DNA of 64,000 nucleotides from Euglena gracilis (lineage: Eukaryota): positions 10,683,521 to 10,747,520 of the forward strand of contig CP154954.1 of assembly GCA_039621445.1 (NCBI GenBank), in the 5' to 3' direction. Positions 24,627-36,930 of the stretch are shown here, one piece after another. Both the position numbers and the translations under genes were made by a program. The notes beneath the pieces are model-generated. The model saw only the letters and a list, made by a program, of their open reading frames with translations, did no database searches and was not told where the DNA came from. The stretch's first letter is position 1; each line of letters begins with the position of its first letter.

Positions 24627-27600
24627 ATGTCCTCCATTGAATATTTGGAAAGAAGGTTGCAAGAATTGGAAATCAAATCAGCCAGCAGCAGTCAGTCTGT
24701 GTTTACCCCTGTGAACCCCATCACCCAGGTTGAAACATTTCTGAAGCAAATTGTGGAACCAAATTCCAGCAACCCCAGCCAAAGTTCAACCCAAAGTTCA
24801 AGATTACCCCCTGTGAAATTGCCTGAGTTTGATGGCACAAATTGGCCAGAGTTTTTGAAAGATTTTGGCAGATGGTTGAGGTTAACTGGTGCTGTTGCAT
24901 TTGGAAATGTCCAGAAAAAGGATTGGCTGTTGGAATGTTGCACCCCCAAGGTGAAAAAACTGGTTGAAAAAGTGATGGATGAGAATGATGATTTTGAAAA
25001 AGTGCTGTTGGAAATTGCAAATTTGTTCCCAACACTGGAAAATGACATGACTTTGAGGTCTGCCATTGACAAATTGCCAGCACTTTCCCAGAACCCTGAA
25101 CCCCAAGACATCAAAAAACTTTTCATTGAGTTGGACAATTTGATGGCCAGGTTGAGCCCCCAGGCCATGAGTGAACAGGAAAAGTTTTTGGTTTTGCTGA
25201 GGAAATTACACCCCAGAATGTATGCAGACATCAAGGCAGACAGATTTTACAAACATCGTTCTGAGACAGTCACAGATTTGACAAAAACGATTTTGGAAAA
25301 AAGTTCTGAAGATTGGTTGGAGAGGAATTTGCTGAAAAAAGAAAATCTCAGACCATTGATTGAAAGACCCCCTGATCAATCTGAAAAAGTTGGTGAAAAT
25401 GTCCCAGAATCTGGAAAAGGTGGAAAATCTGGTGGAAAAGGAAAAGGCAAAGGAAAAGGCAAAGGCAAGGGTGAAAGAAAAGTTGATGACACCCCAGCCC
25501 CACGATTTGGAGCCACAATTTTCTGTCGATTTTGTCACAAAAAGGAGCATTATGAAGACAGATGTTGGTCAAAAGAAAAGTTTGAAAAGAAGAAGGCAGC
25601 AGCCCAGAAGGGGGCAGGCAAAGGGACCCCTTCGGTTCAACCCCAGGGAGTGCAAACCCAGGTTACCCCCCAGGGTGAGAACCCCAAAAAGAGAAAGGCT
25701 GATGCTTTGCAGTTGCTCCAGATGGTGTGTAAAACTTATCTTTTGCCAGTGAAGGTTTATGGAAAGGAAATTCAAGCCATTTTGGACACTTGGGCCACCA
25801 TCACTGCAGTTTCAAAGAAATGTGTTCCAGAGAATAAAATTCAACGGAGTGCTGCGGTACCCCTGCAGATCGGCAACGGGGAGTACATTTTTTCTGAAGG
25901 AGTGTGTGAGGTGAGTTTGGAGTTGGGACGAAAAATTCTAAAGCTTAAAGCGGTTGTTGTTGAAACAAATGCCTTCGAGGCAGTTTTGGGGACTGACTTT
26001 ACTGAAAGTGAATTTTTTGGTGGGTTGCTGACCAGACCCCCCAGAATCATCATTGATGGTGAGGAGTTTTTACTTCAGAGCCATGATGGGGACCACACCA
26101 TCAAAAGAATTTTCAGACTTGTCAAGACAGAAAGCTACACTTTGGTGAAGCCAGTGAAGACAAAAGCTTTGGATGAATTGAAGATTTCTGAGGGTCAGAT
26201 TTGCATTGATCTTTTTGCAAACCACCTGAACCACACCCAGTCTTTGTACATGACAAAAGGGAATTCAGCCTACAGGTATTCATGGGAAAGGTTGTTGTGT
26301 GACATTGGTGCTTCCAAGTTTCTGTGGGCAAACCCCCCCTTCAGCCAACTAAGCAAAGTGGTGACAAAGTTGTGCATTGAAGAAACAAAAATGGTCCTGG
26401 TACACCCAGACTGGGTGGACCAGTACTGGTCCCCCCTGCTGGAAAGGGTGACCGTGGCTAGGGTGAAAAGTTCAAGTGGGGTTCCCTTGTTTGTGGGTGA
26501 CAGGTGCAAAAAGGTGCTGCCCTCCCCCCTGTGGAACACTTTTGTGAGTGTGGTGGACACTGTGCAATTCAAAGTGGATTTTGAGCTTTTGGACCCCAAA
26601 ATTGTCAGTTGGCTCAGAAAAGTTTCAAGGAATTGGAGTTTGGATGAACTGAGAGGTGAGATCAGGAAGTACCCCACAGTGGATGATGGAATTCAAGTTG
26701 ATTTCCCAGATCTTCTTGATGTTCCCCCCCTGCAGCAGGCACCCCAGCCTGCCAGTCCACCTGCAGACAAGCAAGTTTTTGAAAGTCCAAGTTTTCCTTT
26801 GGAGAATGTTCCCCCCAAGGAATCAGAAGAAAAGGTGAAAGAATGGTTGGACAATGTGGTGGTGTTTGAACCAATGAATGAGCATGAAAACATCAATTTT
26901 TTGGCTGAGTTGACCAAGGACATTGAAAGTGAGCTGAGTCTTTTCCAGGAGGTGAGAAAAGATGTGGAGGTGATGTTTTTCCAGCTGGCCCAGCCTGTGG
27001 AAGATGTGCAGTTTGCAAAACCTGTGAAGACTCCCAAGGCAACAATCAAGATGGATGAACTCAAAAGCATTTCCCAAGTTTTGCATGAAAAGATTTGGAC
27101 TTTGGAGGCCCAGAAAAAGGCTGATGAAAAAAGCAACAAATTGTTTACTGAGAATCTGAGTGGAGAGTTTGAAAAAGAAGTTGAGAAATTGAGAGACCAC
27201 CCCAGGTTGTATGAGCTTTTGGTGAAATTTTCTGATGTTTTTGGACCATTGCCCGCAATTTCTGAGTCCTCCCCCCTACCAGTTTTGATGGACATTGAGC
27301 TAAAGCCTGAATGGGAAGGCAAATCCCTAAGGCAAAAGTGTTGGCCCATGCCCCAGGAGGATGAAAAAGAAATTGACCTTCAGTGTGAAGAATTGCTAAA
27401 GTCAGGGTTGATTGAGCAATTCCCAGTTGGTGAAATTCCCCAGGTGTGCAGCCCCACATTTTTGGTGGACAAAAAAGGGTCAAGTACCAGAAGGATGGTC
27501 ATCCATTATGGAAAATTGAACGCCAGAAGCAAGGCACATGCAGGTTATTTGCCAAGCATGGAGGTTTTGATTGATAGTTTGGCCAAATGTCGGTGGAAAA

Positions 27601-28403
27601 GTACCCTGGACATGAGGAGTGGGTATTGGCAAATCCCAATCACAAAAAGAGCAGCAAATTTGTCTGCATTTTGCATTCCTTCTGGGAGGTGTTTTCGTCC
27701 CAAAAGGATGATGTTTGGCCTAAGTAATGCACCGGGTATTTTTCAGGAGCTGATGGAAATTCTAACCTCCCAATGCAAAACGGATTTGAGGGTGAGAGAG
27801 ATTTTGAAGGATGGACACCTGGCTTCTTTTTTTGATGACACAGGGGTTGGTGCAAACTCTGAGGAGGATCATTTGTATCTTTTGGAAAAGTGGTTTGAAG
27901 TTTGCAGAAAGAACCAAGTGAGAATCAAATTGAGCAAATGTTCCTTTCTGAATCAGTCCATTGACTATTTGGGTTTCTCGTTGGGATGGGGAATGTGGCA
28001 GGCAAACAAAAGAAACATTGAACCAATTCTGAGTTTTCGAGTTCAGAATCAAAGGGATTTGATGCGAATTTTGGGAGCCATGAATTTCTACCGCAGACAC
28101 GTGAAAGGTTTTACTTTTGACTCAGCCCCGCTCACAGATCTTCTGAAAAAGAATGTGAAATGGAGGTGGACTGAAAGGGAGGAGAGTTGTTTGAATGCAT
28201 TGAAAAGGAAGTTGTCTTCTCTTGATGTTTTGGGTACCCCCAGGAGTTCAGGAGAGATTGTTTTGGTGACTGACAGTTCCGATTTGGGAGGTGGTTCTGC
28301 TTTGTTTCAGTGGCAAACCCTCCAACAAACACAAATTCCTGAGAATTTTTCGAACAAGTGGTGTGAAGGTGGATGGGGCCCTGAAAAACAACTACCCCAG
28401 TGA
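24627..28403 (+). CDS. gag-pol: E2 gag-PR-MTase-RT-RH(N) polyprotein, 1258 aa
   Basis: LPEFDG, CRFCHKKEHYEDRC knuckle, AILDTWA (DTG altered), Dam-like domain, LDMRSGYWQ, FFDD (27828-27839), LVTDSSD. Confidence 0.93.
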   Translation: MSSIEYLERRLQELEIKSASSSQSVFTPVNPITQVETFLKQIVEPNSSNPSQSSTQSSRLPPVKLPEFDGTNWPEFLKDFGRWLRLTGAVAFGNVQKKDWLLECCTPKVKKLVEKVMDENDDFEKVLLEIANLFPTLENDMTLRSAIDKLPALSQNPEPQDIKKLFIELDNLMARLSPQAMSEQEKFLVLLRKLHPRMYADIKADRFYKHRSETVTDLTKTILEKSSEDWLERNLLKKENLRPLIERPPDQSEKVGENVPESGKGGKSGGKGKGKGKGKGKGERKVDDTPAPRFGATIFCRFCHKKEHYEDRCWSKEKFEKKKAAAQKGAGKGTPSVQPQGVQTQVTPQGENPKKRKADALQLLQMVCKTYLLPVKVYGKEIQAILDTWATITAVSKKCVPENKIQRSAAVPLQIGNGEYIFSEGVCEVSLELGRKILKLKAVVVETNAFEAVLGTDFTESEFFGGLLTRPPRIIIDGEEFLLQSHDGDHTIKRIFRLVKTESYTLVKPVKTKALDELKISEGQICIDLFANHLNHTQSLYMTKGNSAYRYSWERLLCDIGASKFLWANPPFSQLSKVVTKLCIEETKMVLVHPDWVDQYWSPLLERVTVARVKSSSGVPLFVGDRCKKVLPSPLWNTFVSVVDTVQFKVDFELLDPKIVSWLRKVSRNWSLDELRGEIRKYPTVDDGIQVDFPDLLDVPPLQQAPQPASPPADKQVFESPSFPLENVPPKESEEKVKEWLDNVVVFEPMNEHENINFLAELTKDIESELSLFQEVRKDVEVMFFQLAQPVEDVQFAKPVKTPKATIKMDELKSISQVLHEKIWTLEAQKKADEKSNKLFTENLSGEFEKEVEKLRDHPRLYELLVKFSDVFGPLPAISESSPLPVLMDIELKPEWEGKSLRQKCWPMPQEDEKEIDLQCEELLKSGLIEQFPVGEIPQVCSPTFLVDKKGSSTRRMVIHYGKLNARSKAHAGYLPSMEVLIDSLAKCRWKSTLDMRSGYWQIPITKRAANLSAFCIPSGRCFRPKRMMFGLSNAPGIFQELMEILTSQCKTDLRVREILKDGHLASFFDDTGVGANSEEDHLYLLEKWFEVCRKNQVRIKLSKCSFLNQSIDYLGFSLGWGMWQANKRNIEPILSFRVQNQRDLMRILGAMNFYRRHVKGFTFDSAPLTDLLKKNVKWRWTEREESCLNALKRKLSSLDVLGTPRSSGEIVLVTDSSDLGGGSALFQWQTLQQTQIPENFSNKWCEGGWGPEKQLPQ
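26120..26560 (+). CDS. phage-Dam/DIRS-MT-like amino-methyltransferase domain between PR and RT
   Basis: TESYTL...IDLFAN...NSAYRYSW...LWANPPF (26325-26342)...LVHPDWVDQYW, in frame in the 1258-aa ORF. Confidence 0.88.
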
Positions 28404-30569
28404 AATGAGGTTGGTGCCCCTGGGCCACTACAACTGGAAATGGAGTGAGGCAAGAAAAAAATACACTACCTGGGAAAAGGAAATTTTGAGTGGTGTGCTG
28501 ACCATTGCTTCACAAACGAGGATTTTGCAAAATCCGCCAATTGTGTGGATGACAGACAATGAGGCAGCCACCTCTTTTCTGAAGGGTGAACCCCCCCTCA
28601 ACAAAAGACTGAGAAGGATGTATGTGTTTTTGCACCAGTTCAAACTGAATATCGTTCATGTGGCAGGTTGCAAAAATGAATTGTGTGATTTTTTGTCTCG
28701 TGCTGATTTTGAGAACAAATTTGAAATTCATTTTGAGGAAGAAGCAAGGAACGCTTTTCAGAAAATGGATGTGCAGCTTGACCTGTTTTTACAGAAGATT
28801 TTCAGTTTGTCCCACAGAGTGCAAGTGTCAGAAAAGGATTTTTTGAATTCAGAGCTGAAGGAGTTTTGGGAAAAAGTGGAGGTTTCAAAACCCTGTTTCA
28901 TTGACAATGAGTTTTGGTTCAGATCTGCCAAGGCCATGTATTGTGAAGGAAAGTTGGTTGTTCCATCTCATTTGTTGAACGTTTGTTTGGATGAATGTCA
29001 CAAGGCAAGCAACCATGTTGGTGCTGAAAGGACATTGTTGTTTTTTTTTTAGCCATTTTCAGTCCAAGGTTTCCAAGAAAGACATGTTGGAAATTTGCAG
29101 GGCCATTGTGATGACATGTGAAATTTGCACCCTTTCAAAACAAAACCGCCCCAGTGACCGTGGAAAGGTGGGTTCTTTACCGATTCCAACAGTGAGCAAT
29201 GAAGTTTTGTGTTTGGATTTTGTGCAAATGGACCCCTACAATGGTTTTGACTATGTGCTGACTTTGGTCGACAATTTGTCCCATTTTTTCCAATTCATCC
29301 CCACACAGAAAACGGTAACCGGAGAAGGTGTTTTGAGACTTATTTTGGACCGGTGGATTTCTGTTTTTGGAAAACCGTCTATTGTGAGGTCTGACAACGA
29401 CGTGCGATTCAGACAGCCCAGTGGTTTTTACCAGACAGCCCTGAAAGCTCTCGACGTGAAATTATCGTTTTCTCTGCCCAGGAACCCCCGATCAAACGGT
29501 TTGGTTGAAAATGTCAATAAAATGTTCTTGCAGAATATGCGAGCATTGAGTCTGTCTTCCAAGGACAAAAATTGGGTGCAGCTGATCCCGTATTGCACAT
29601 TTTTGATGAATTCGCAGATTTCCCCCACAACAATGTTGTCACCCCATGAAATGTTTTTGGGCAGACCAGCTTGGAGGTTGGAATTACCCCCAGAACCGGT
29701 GACAAATCCAGAAACCCATTCTTGGCTTTTGACCCAGATGGAAATTCAAGAAAGAGCTTCCCAGAGATTGAAAAAATTGAGGAAAAAAGATTTTGAGAGT
29801 GCCAACAAAGGGAGGGTACCAGCAAAAATTGAAGAAGATGACTATGTTTTGGTGCACAACAAAAGATGGCCAAACAAATCATGGCCCAAGCTTTCCCCCC
29901 CCCTGGCAAGGACCTTTTCGGGTTCTCAAATCGAGGTTCAATTCAGTGCAAATTGCAAGCAGTCCATCTTTGGGAGGGGTCATTGATGTTTCTTTGGGTT
30001 TGTGCAAAAAGTGGGAGGTTGCTTTGCATGAAGAAAGCCTTTTGGAAGAAGACCCAGACCTTTTGACCGGTGAAGCGGTTGTGGAAGACCCAGTGGAGGG
30101 TGACACCCCCATGCCAGACCAGGGAGGGGATCCCCCCCTTCAGATGTCAGAAGAAGAACAAGCTCAGTTGGGTTTTTACAATGTTTACAAGATTTTGAAG
30201 CACAAGTACCAAGGGGGATGGAAATTTTTGGTTTGGTGGGAGAATTTTCCGGCAAGCAGCAGTACATGGGAGCCTGTGGCTTCCTTTGTGCAACCAGGAG
30301 GCAGAATGAATGAGGTTTTCAAGAATTATTGTGTGGATCACAATTTACAATCGATCCTACGCCAGGCGCTAAGAATGTTTTGCGACGTTTCAGAATGTGA
30401 ATGGGGGTTGGCATCTCAAGAGACAGCCTGGCCTCCCCCCAAATGTTTTGATCGTGCTTTCAGTCACGCGGGAGGAAAGTCAAGCCCCCCAGGGGGCCTT
30501 TTGGATGGTTTTTCGGGTCAGGAGACACCAACCCGCCTCGCCATGGGTGGATTGTTGTCTAACCTTTGA
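28350..30569 (+). pseudogene. pol: E2 RNase H, integrase and chromodomain, with frameshifts at ~28350, ~29045 (poly-T) and ~29900 (poly-C)
   Basis: WMTDNEA, CDFLSR, H...HVG...CEIC, CLDFV, RSDND, SNGLVE, WQGPF, YNVYKILKHK...FLVWWENF...TWEP. Confidence 0.92.
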
Positions 30570-31045
30570 AGGCTTTCAGTCACAAACCTGCCATTGATGC
30601 GAGGAGTTTCGCCCAGGTTTGTGTTACTTTTGAATGGCAAGCCAACCACGAAGTGAAGGGACCACGGTGAACGTCGGAAGTAACCTCTTTTACCTTCCTT
30701 TGTGTTGACATTTGTCGTTCTGAACCTTTTTTGTGGACAACTCGTGTTGAACACCATACATTCGTGCTTGAACCATAGTAAAGCCATTTTGTTTGTGGTG
30801 TGATGCCGTTTCGTCCTGTGCCTGTGGCGCTGCGTCCTCCGGCATGGGGGGCGTGTGCGGACTATTTACCAACCGCCTGAAACCGAACTTTTTATTCCTA
30901 ATTCGAACCTTTCCTCCTGTGCAGACTGCTGGCTCTGGATGTCATTGCATTGATTGTGTTACGTCTTTGGGGACAATTGGGATATCAAGAAAAATTGGGA
31001 ATCCGAGGATTTCAATAAAAACAAAAGAATATTCTGAGACGTCCA

Positions 31046-34000
31046 ATCCTCAACCCCAAATTGGGGGTATTTTTCATCGGCCTAAGGTGGCGCGGATGAT
31101 GTTTGAGAGGAAGTGCTGACACCCGATCGGGTAACTACCCGTATATCCGTTGCCCCCCCCTCACCAACAATCTTTCTCTTTTCTCCCGGTTTCCCGCCGA
31201 ATCAAGCCCACTAAGCCCCATTCCCTGAGTTCACCCTCCATCATGGATTTCACCTCTTCCCGGGTTTCCAAGCTCCAGTGGAAGCTTACATCCTCCTGCG
31301 CGGAAAAAGCCCGGTAGGCATATCGTGACATGGCATCCGCCACGATATTTGTTGGACCGGGGACGTATACAATTTCTAGGTCGGACTGAGATAGCGTCTC
31401 GTGCCATCTCGCCTGCCTTCCTCGGGGACCCGAGTGAGTGTTCACACCCTCGTTAACCCAATCCTTCAACGCCTTGTGATCGATCGTGACGATCACGGGT
31501 TGGAAGCCAATGTAGCTCCCCCATTTTCTTAGGGCTGCAACCATGGAATAGGTTTCCTTTTCACGGGCAACCCAATTCAATTGGCTCTCGGCCAACTTCT
31601 GTGAAAAGAAACCCACGGGCACGGGTCGACTTTTGCCGACTTCAATCCCCGAAGATTTTCCCTGTTCCTCGGGGTGAATTTGTTCCAAAACGGCTGCAAT
31701 GACAAAATCAGTTGCATCACACCTCAAAACGAATGGACCATTAGGGTTTTTTTGGAAGTGCTCAAGCTCCCCCCTCAGTTTTTCCTTCAGCCGATGAAAA
31801 GCCAAGATTTCATTCTTGGTGCATTCCGAATTTTTTGAGATCCATTCCACCAGTCATGTCGATTCAACCACACTTTGGCCATGAGGGGGCAACAAATTCG
31901 GCATAGTGATGAACATACTCCGAATAATGGTTTGTTCCCAAAAAGGCACGAAGTTTGGTCACCACCGTTGGAAGCCTCCTCCTTTGGATCGGTAAAAGTT
32001 TTCCTGGGGAGGGGCTCCTTCGACCGTCCCGCAAAACATACCCACAAATCTCAACCTCCCGCATTCAACCTCCCGCATGATGAAGTGGGTTTTTTCGAGG
32101 CTACACACGAGATTATTTTCGTTGAGACGTTGCAAAATGCGCTTCACATTTTCGGCATGACTTTGGATAACCTCCTCCTCCGTTTCCCCCGTGGACCCAA
32201 TAATGATTTCATCCACATAGGGATAGACTCGGGGAAGGTCTCACAAAACTCATTCAATCATCCTTTGGAACTGGGCATTTCCATTTTTCAATCCCATGAC
32301 CAAAGCTTTCCATTGCATAGTCCCTCGGGAGGTTGACGTGCAAATGATGTTGTCGGTGATCCTTTTTCAAGGGCATTTGGTAATAACCATCCGTCAAATC
32401 AAGCACTGTCCAAATCTTCAACTTGCCTTATCTTTGGAGGATGTGAGAAATTTTGAGGAATGGATGTCCATCTTTCAAGGTTAAAAGATTTTGGGGTGGC
32501 AAATCCTGTACAAAGCGATACTTTCTTGGGGGTTTCTTGGGTACCGAAAAGATGGTGTATTCCACGGGCGCAAGCCGGGCGCCACTTTCCCCATTGTCAA
32601 GGCGTCATCCACAAGACGTTGATGAGACTCCCGTCTCTCACCCGTCATGTGATAGGGCTTTTGACTAACGGGCTTGGCACCCTCCCGCAAACCGAAGGCA
32701 AATACCAGAAAGTGATGAATCCCGAAAGTGTTCAACAAAATCCTGTTTCAGCACTTCCCCGAGGGCTTCATTCGTCTCCCACCTCATATCAATTGCACCC
32801 TTCACTTCACTTCACGGATGACATTCTCCCCCTCATCCTCCATTTACAAATGGGCACCCGGTCTGGCCGAAAGTCGCATTTTTTTTCGCCATCTCGACCG
32901 CTTGGCGGATTTCCAATGGGTAAGTCGGAGAATCACCCTCCCCAAGAAAATCATCTGGACATTCGGGCATTGAATCCACTAAATTCTCATTTTTGGTCTC
33001 CGCTTCCTCGTCCGTCGTCAAAACTCGAGGTGAGTCCAAAACATGGTCCCCCCCAAAACCATTTCCTTGCTGTTGGAGGTAAAAACACACAGATGTTCCA
33101 CCAATCGGTAAGGAATTACGATAGGTGAGCTCCTTTTTTGCACTCCCATTTGCCCCCCCCACCAAGCTTGGCTTTATGTGCTCGAAGCTCGTTCGGATTG
33201 TTGAGATCCTTCCCAACCAAATCGGATTGTTGGGATCCTTCCCCCACAAACGACATTGCGCAGTGAAAGCAAATGCTGACTCCAAAAAAATGTGGTGGTT
33301 TTTTGATATCCCCACCTTTCATATTGGCAATGGTTCGCATCCAGAACTGGAACTTCGCCTAAAGAGCACGCCGGGCAAGAATTCTTGTTCGGAGGGTCTC
33401 CAACCACCAAACCTTGGGTATCAAAAACTTGATAATCTCAAGTGTTCCTCGCAACAATGCCAGAGCCGGCTCCAACCTCCTCGACCCACGGCTTAAGACC
33501 AGACTGAACTCGGTACAGCGGGAGGCATGTAGTTACAATTTCAAATTCACCCGGAGAAAAAATTTTCTGGTAACCACTGGTTAAAATATCCACACGTGGG
33601 GTGGGTTACAACCTATCATCCACATCCAGGGATATCACTTCGTATCCGTGGTCCAGTAATATCTTCCCGACACTCCCTCTGCAGGAAAAAATATACAAGG
33701 CTTTGGGACGAAATTTGTGGACCGCCTGAATGGACACGGGGGGGACGGGTTCGATGAAGTCTACGATGGCCCCCCACCATGTGAGAACACCGCAAATCCA
33801 AACCGAACAACCTTCGGGAATACCTTGAATCTCATGTCTCCTTGGCACCACATTCAATTTGCTTTCAGCCAACCACACATATCAGGATCACAGCTTCCTC
33901 CACGTCGGCCTCATATAAAAGCGTAGGAATTTAGAAAACAACCACATTTTTGGTGTCTTGCACCACCCCTGAAAATTTCAATTCTACCAAGGTCTGATCC

Positions 34001-35300
34001 GACCCGCCCTTCACCCTTTGGTTGTTGGCAGCAACCAAGTTGACGGGTTTTTCCGATGGAGCGGAAAAAGCACGGGGCAGCAAATTTCTTTTCGCCAAGC
34101 AAACTTCTGCCCCGTGTGGACCAAGGTCCGAAACTGCCGGGAACCACTCAAGACATCAAGTTTGGTTAATAGATGCAAATGGACCTCCTTCACCCACCCC
34201 GCATTCAAAGACATTAACCGTCACTCACGTAAAACCTCCCGGATGGTTTCACCATCCGAATTTTCGAGTGGCATCAATTTTTTTCCTTTAAAAGATTCCC
34301 CACTGCCTCCTCTTCCTCAGGCGATGCTTCATCTGACAATGGTGCGGGTGGTTTTGATTAAGAGGCCTCCGACAGTGCCTCGATCACGTAGAGAGTTATC
34401 AAACGTGTCAAACAAGGAGGGGTTGTAGGAGGCAAAACACCCCTCACCCCAAGGATGGGAAATTTGCATCTGCAGAACGGACTCCCGAATCGCTCTGACC
34501 CCCCTATTAAGGGGATTGGGCGATGGGAGGAGTTTCCTTCACCCCCTTCGGCCCGCTTTCGCCGGACTTTGGAGACCAAACCCCCGAACAAGCCTTTCGC
34601 GCAAACGAGCATTTTCTGAAGTCATGGAGGAACTCCCTGCACGCCTTTTTGCAAGTGAAGCACTCCCCTTGGACGATGGAGATTTTGCACCTGGGCCCCT
34701 TCCATGGGAGGATGGTTTACCACCCCCGTTCTACGGGTAGGATTGAGCCTTCGGCTTCCAAGATGATTTTCCTATGGTCGGAATATTTTTCTTGGTACTT
34801 TCCCCACCACGTTCTTAGGAGGGTCATCAACAAAAACTTGCATGTTTGCTGTGGAGGAGGATTTTGTCTTTTCATACAAGCGATATGCATTCCGAGTGGC
34901 AACATACTCCTTCTCCGTCCGAAGGAATGAGGTGACAAATTCAAAAATTTTATCACCCGTCATTTGGTTTTCATGACAGGTTGCAGAAACCTTCAGGCCA
35001 TCCACGAGGAACCCATCCAAAGCTAAGAATTGATCCCGTTCAGCAAACAACTACGCACCGCCTCGTGGTTCCTCCAGAGTCAGTGTGCAATCACCCGCAC
35101 CAACTCCTGCAGAAACGGTTCACCCATCAGATTCCGGTCGAGGGAAACCGAACCCACAGTTTGTACCTCCTTTTTTTGCCGGCTCAACCATCACCTTTTT
35201 TATACAAAAATGGGGGCATGTTGCAAAAAATGACTTGCCATTACAATGTGTGAATTCCCAGGTGCGAGATTTTTTTTCAATAAAACCACACGTTTGAAAA
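31046..35300 (-). pseudogene. gag-pol: E3 5' part: degenerate gag?-PR-C5 DNMT-RT-RH
   Basis: RH LRCDATD...IDHKAL...ADAMSR (31161-31850); RT remnants at 31900-32700; PR LVHTGAEVCL at ~34100. Confidence 0.82.
33090..33710 (-). pseudogene. degenerate C5-cytosine MTase of E3
   Basis: ALYIFSCRGSVG (motif I), GYEVISLD, PGEFE, CTEFS, WWLET, CQYERWGYQKTTTFFW and LTYR match the E1 DNMT motif by motif. Confidence 0.8.
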
Positions 35301-35649
35301 GCGTCCTCGACGAAGGGTTTCCGTGCCACTGTGGTTTTTTGGATCTATCTTATTTTCCTGCTTTGGTTTGAAAAAAAAAATATCACCGAGTGTCTCCATT
35401 TCTCATTTTGGGTTGGGTTAAACCATATAAAGCATAACCTTTTTTGCAGGTCTTTGACACAGAAGATTTCAATGACCTACTCGGTATCAGTGATTTTTAT
35501 TAAGTTTCGCATATATTAGCCGTATTTTCGAAAATCGTCGTCAGCAGTTTTTGCTAATTCCCTATCCCCCCCGCTTTAACATGACAACCCCTGGGGGTCA
35601 TTACCCACCCACTTCAACTCCTCGACGGGGGCGCCTGGGGTACCTCAAT

Positions 35650-36930
35650 TTCGTCCCATAAACGCAAGGCACAGGTGTTTTTTGTGGACCAGAAAATGTT
35701 TTACAACGCTTTTTTGCCTAAGTCCCCCGGCATCTGTTCGTGCTTCCACCCGGTCCCTCTTGACCACAAATTCCGCTGCTAATTTCACACAATCTAAAAT
35801 GATGAGTTTTGCGCTGGGAGACCCGAGCATTTGAGTGAAACCCGATGCCATTAAGCCCGACTTTGTTTGATGGTACCCACCCCAAACTCTTTTCCAAATT
35901 CTTCACGAAAACTTTTGTAGGTCATATTCCTTTCCCTATTCACACGGGTTTCATTTTTAGGGATGTTGCCTCGTCGAGGCAGCTGCGAAATTGCATCAAA
36001 GTGGCAAATTCGGAGAGATCGTAGCGGGAGGTTTCCTGAAAAATTCTTTCGACCTCCTCCCATTCTCTTTCAAGCTCGGGGGCATCTTGCACGTACCAAG
36101 AAAATCACGGTTGTCGTCCAACATCTTGCATAATGGGTTTCAATGACGTCATTGCCATAAATCCCGGAACACCTTGCACCATGACCTTGACCTGGGTTTG
36201 GGGACCAATGCTCTCAAAATTGTTTCAGCTAGGTGCTAAATAAAAAGGAGTGTTCATGGGCATGAAACCGGAAGGTTCCTGTGAGGGTTGAACAATGTGT
36301 TTCGGTGGAACCAGCCTTGTACTAGGGTTTTGAGTTGAAGAACCACCTTTTCAGGTTATTCGAAAAAGCGGCACCTGTAATTTGACCCGAATCACTTTCC
36401 CTTCCCCAAATCCTGTAACGGCGAAGGTCGCAAATCCACCTTGCGCTGGATTCGCAAGCTGCCATTTCTTCCCTCAAATTTATAATTTCACTTTCCAACC
36501 CCACACTTGTGGCCACCGCCGTTGCTGCTGCTTTTGGCTGCACCATCATGCACCGCCGTTGCTGCTGCTTATGGCTGCACCATACAAATAGCTATACTTC
36601 TGAACAAGTCGGCAGGGCTGAGGGCTTGGCTTCTGTCAGAGGCGTTATGGGCCTTGGCTTGGATTGGGCCCCTGGCTTCCGTTGAGGCCTTGGCTTCGCT
36701 GGGGGCCTTGGCTTCTTGCCAAGCTTGCAGCTCCTGCACTTTGCTGACGAGGGCCCCTAGAACAGGTTGGAGCCCCCACAAGGCACCGTCCAATCACGAC
36801 ATTTTCTCGTGCAAGGATTGGATCTTCCAAATGCCAAAAGACAGCCTCTATTAGGTACGTTGCAGGAGATTTCGTTGAAAAAGGGAAATTCACCACAATT
36901 ATTTCGACGGCTCAGATCACAGCGGGGGGT
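35650..36930 (-). pseudogene. possible degenerate gag region of another minus-strand LTR element (E6), with PBS/LTR possibly at 56618 onward
   Basis: Fragmented coding-like ORFs; PBS-like TGGTGAGCAGAGG on the minus strand at 56618-56630, just beyond E4. Confidence 0.35.

Larger units (their letters stand above)
23992..31045 (+). mobile_element. E2: Ty3/gypsy chromovirus-like LTR retrotransposon with an amino-MTase in pol, inserted into E3
   Basis: 190-bp TG..CA LTRs at 23992-24181 and 30856-31045; TSD ATCCT; PBS-like TGGTCGCAGAGG at 24186-24197. Confidence 0.93.

Noticed and set aside
23992-31045. DIRS element, suggested by the MT domain
   Set aside because: Direct TG..CA LTRs, TSD, protease and DDE integrase; no tyrosine recombinase seen
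35315-35600. E3 PBS and 5' LTR
   Set aside because: A CA-g-TGG pattern exists on the minus strand, but no second LTR copy or tRNA match confirms it
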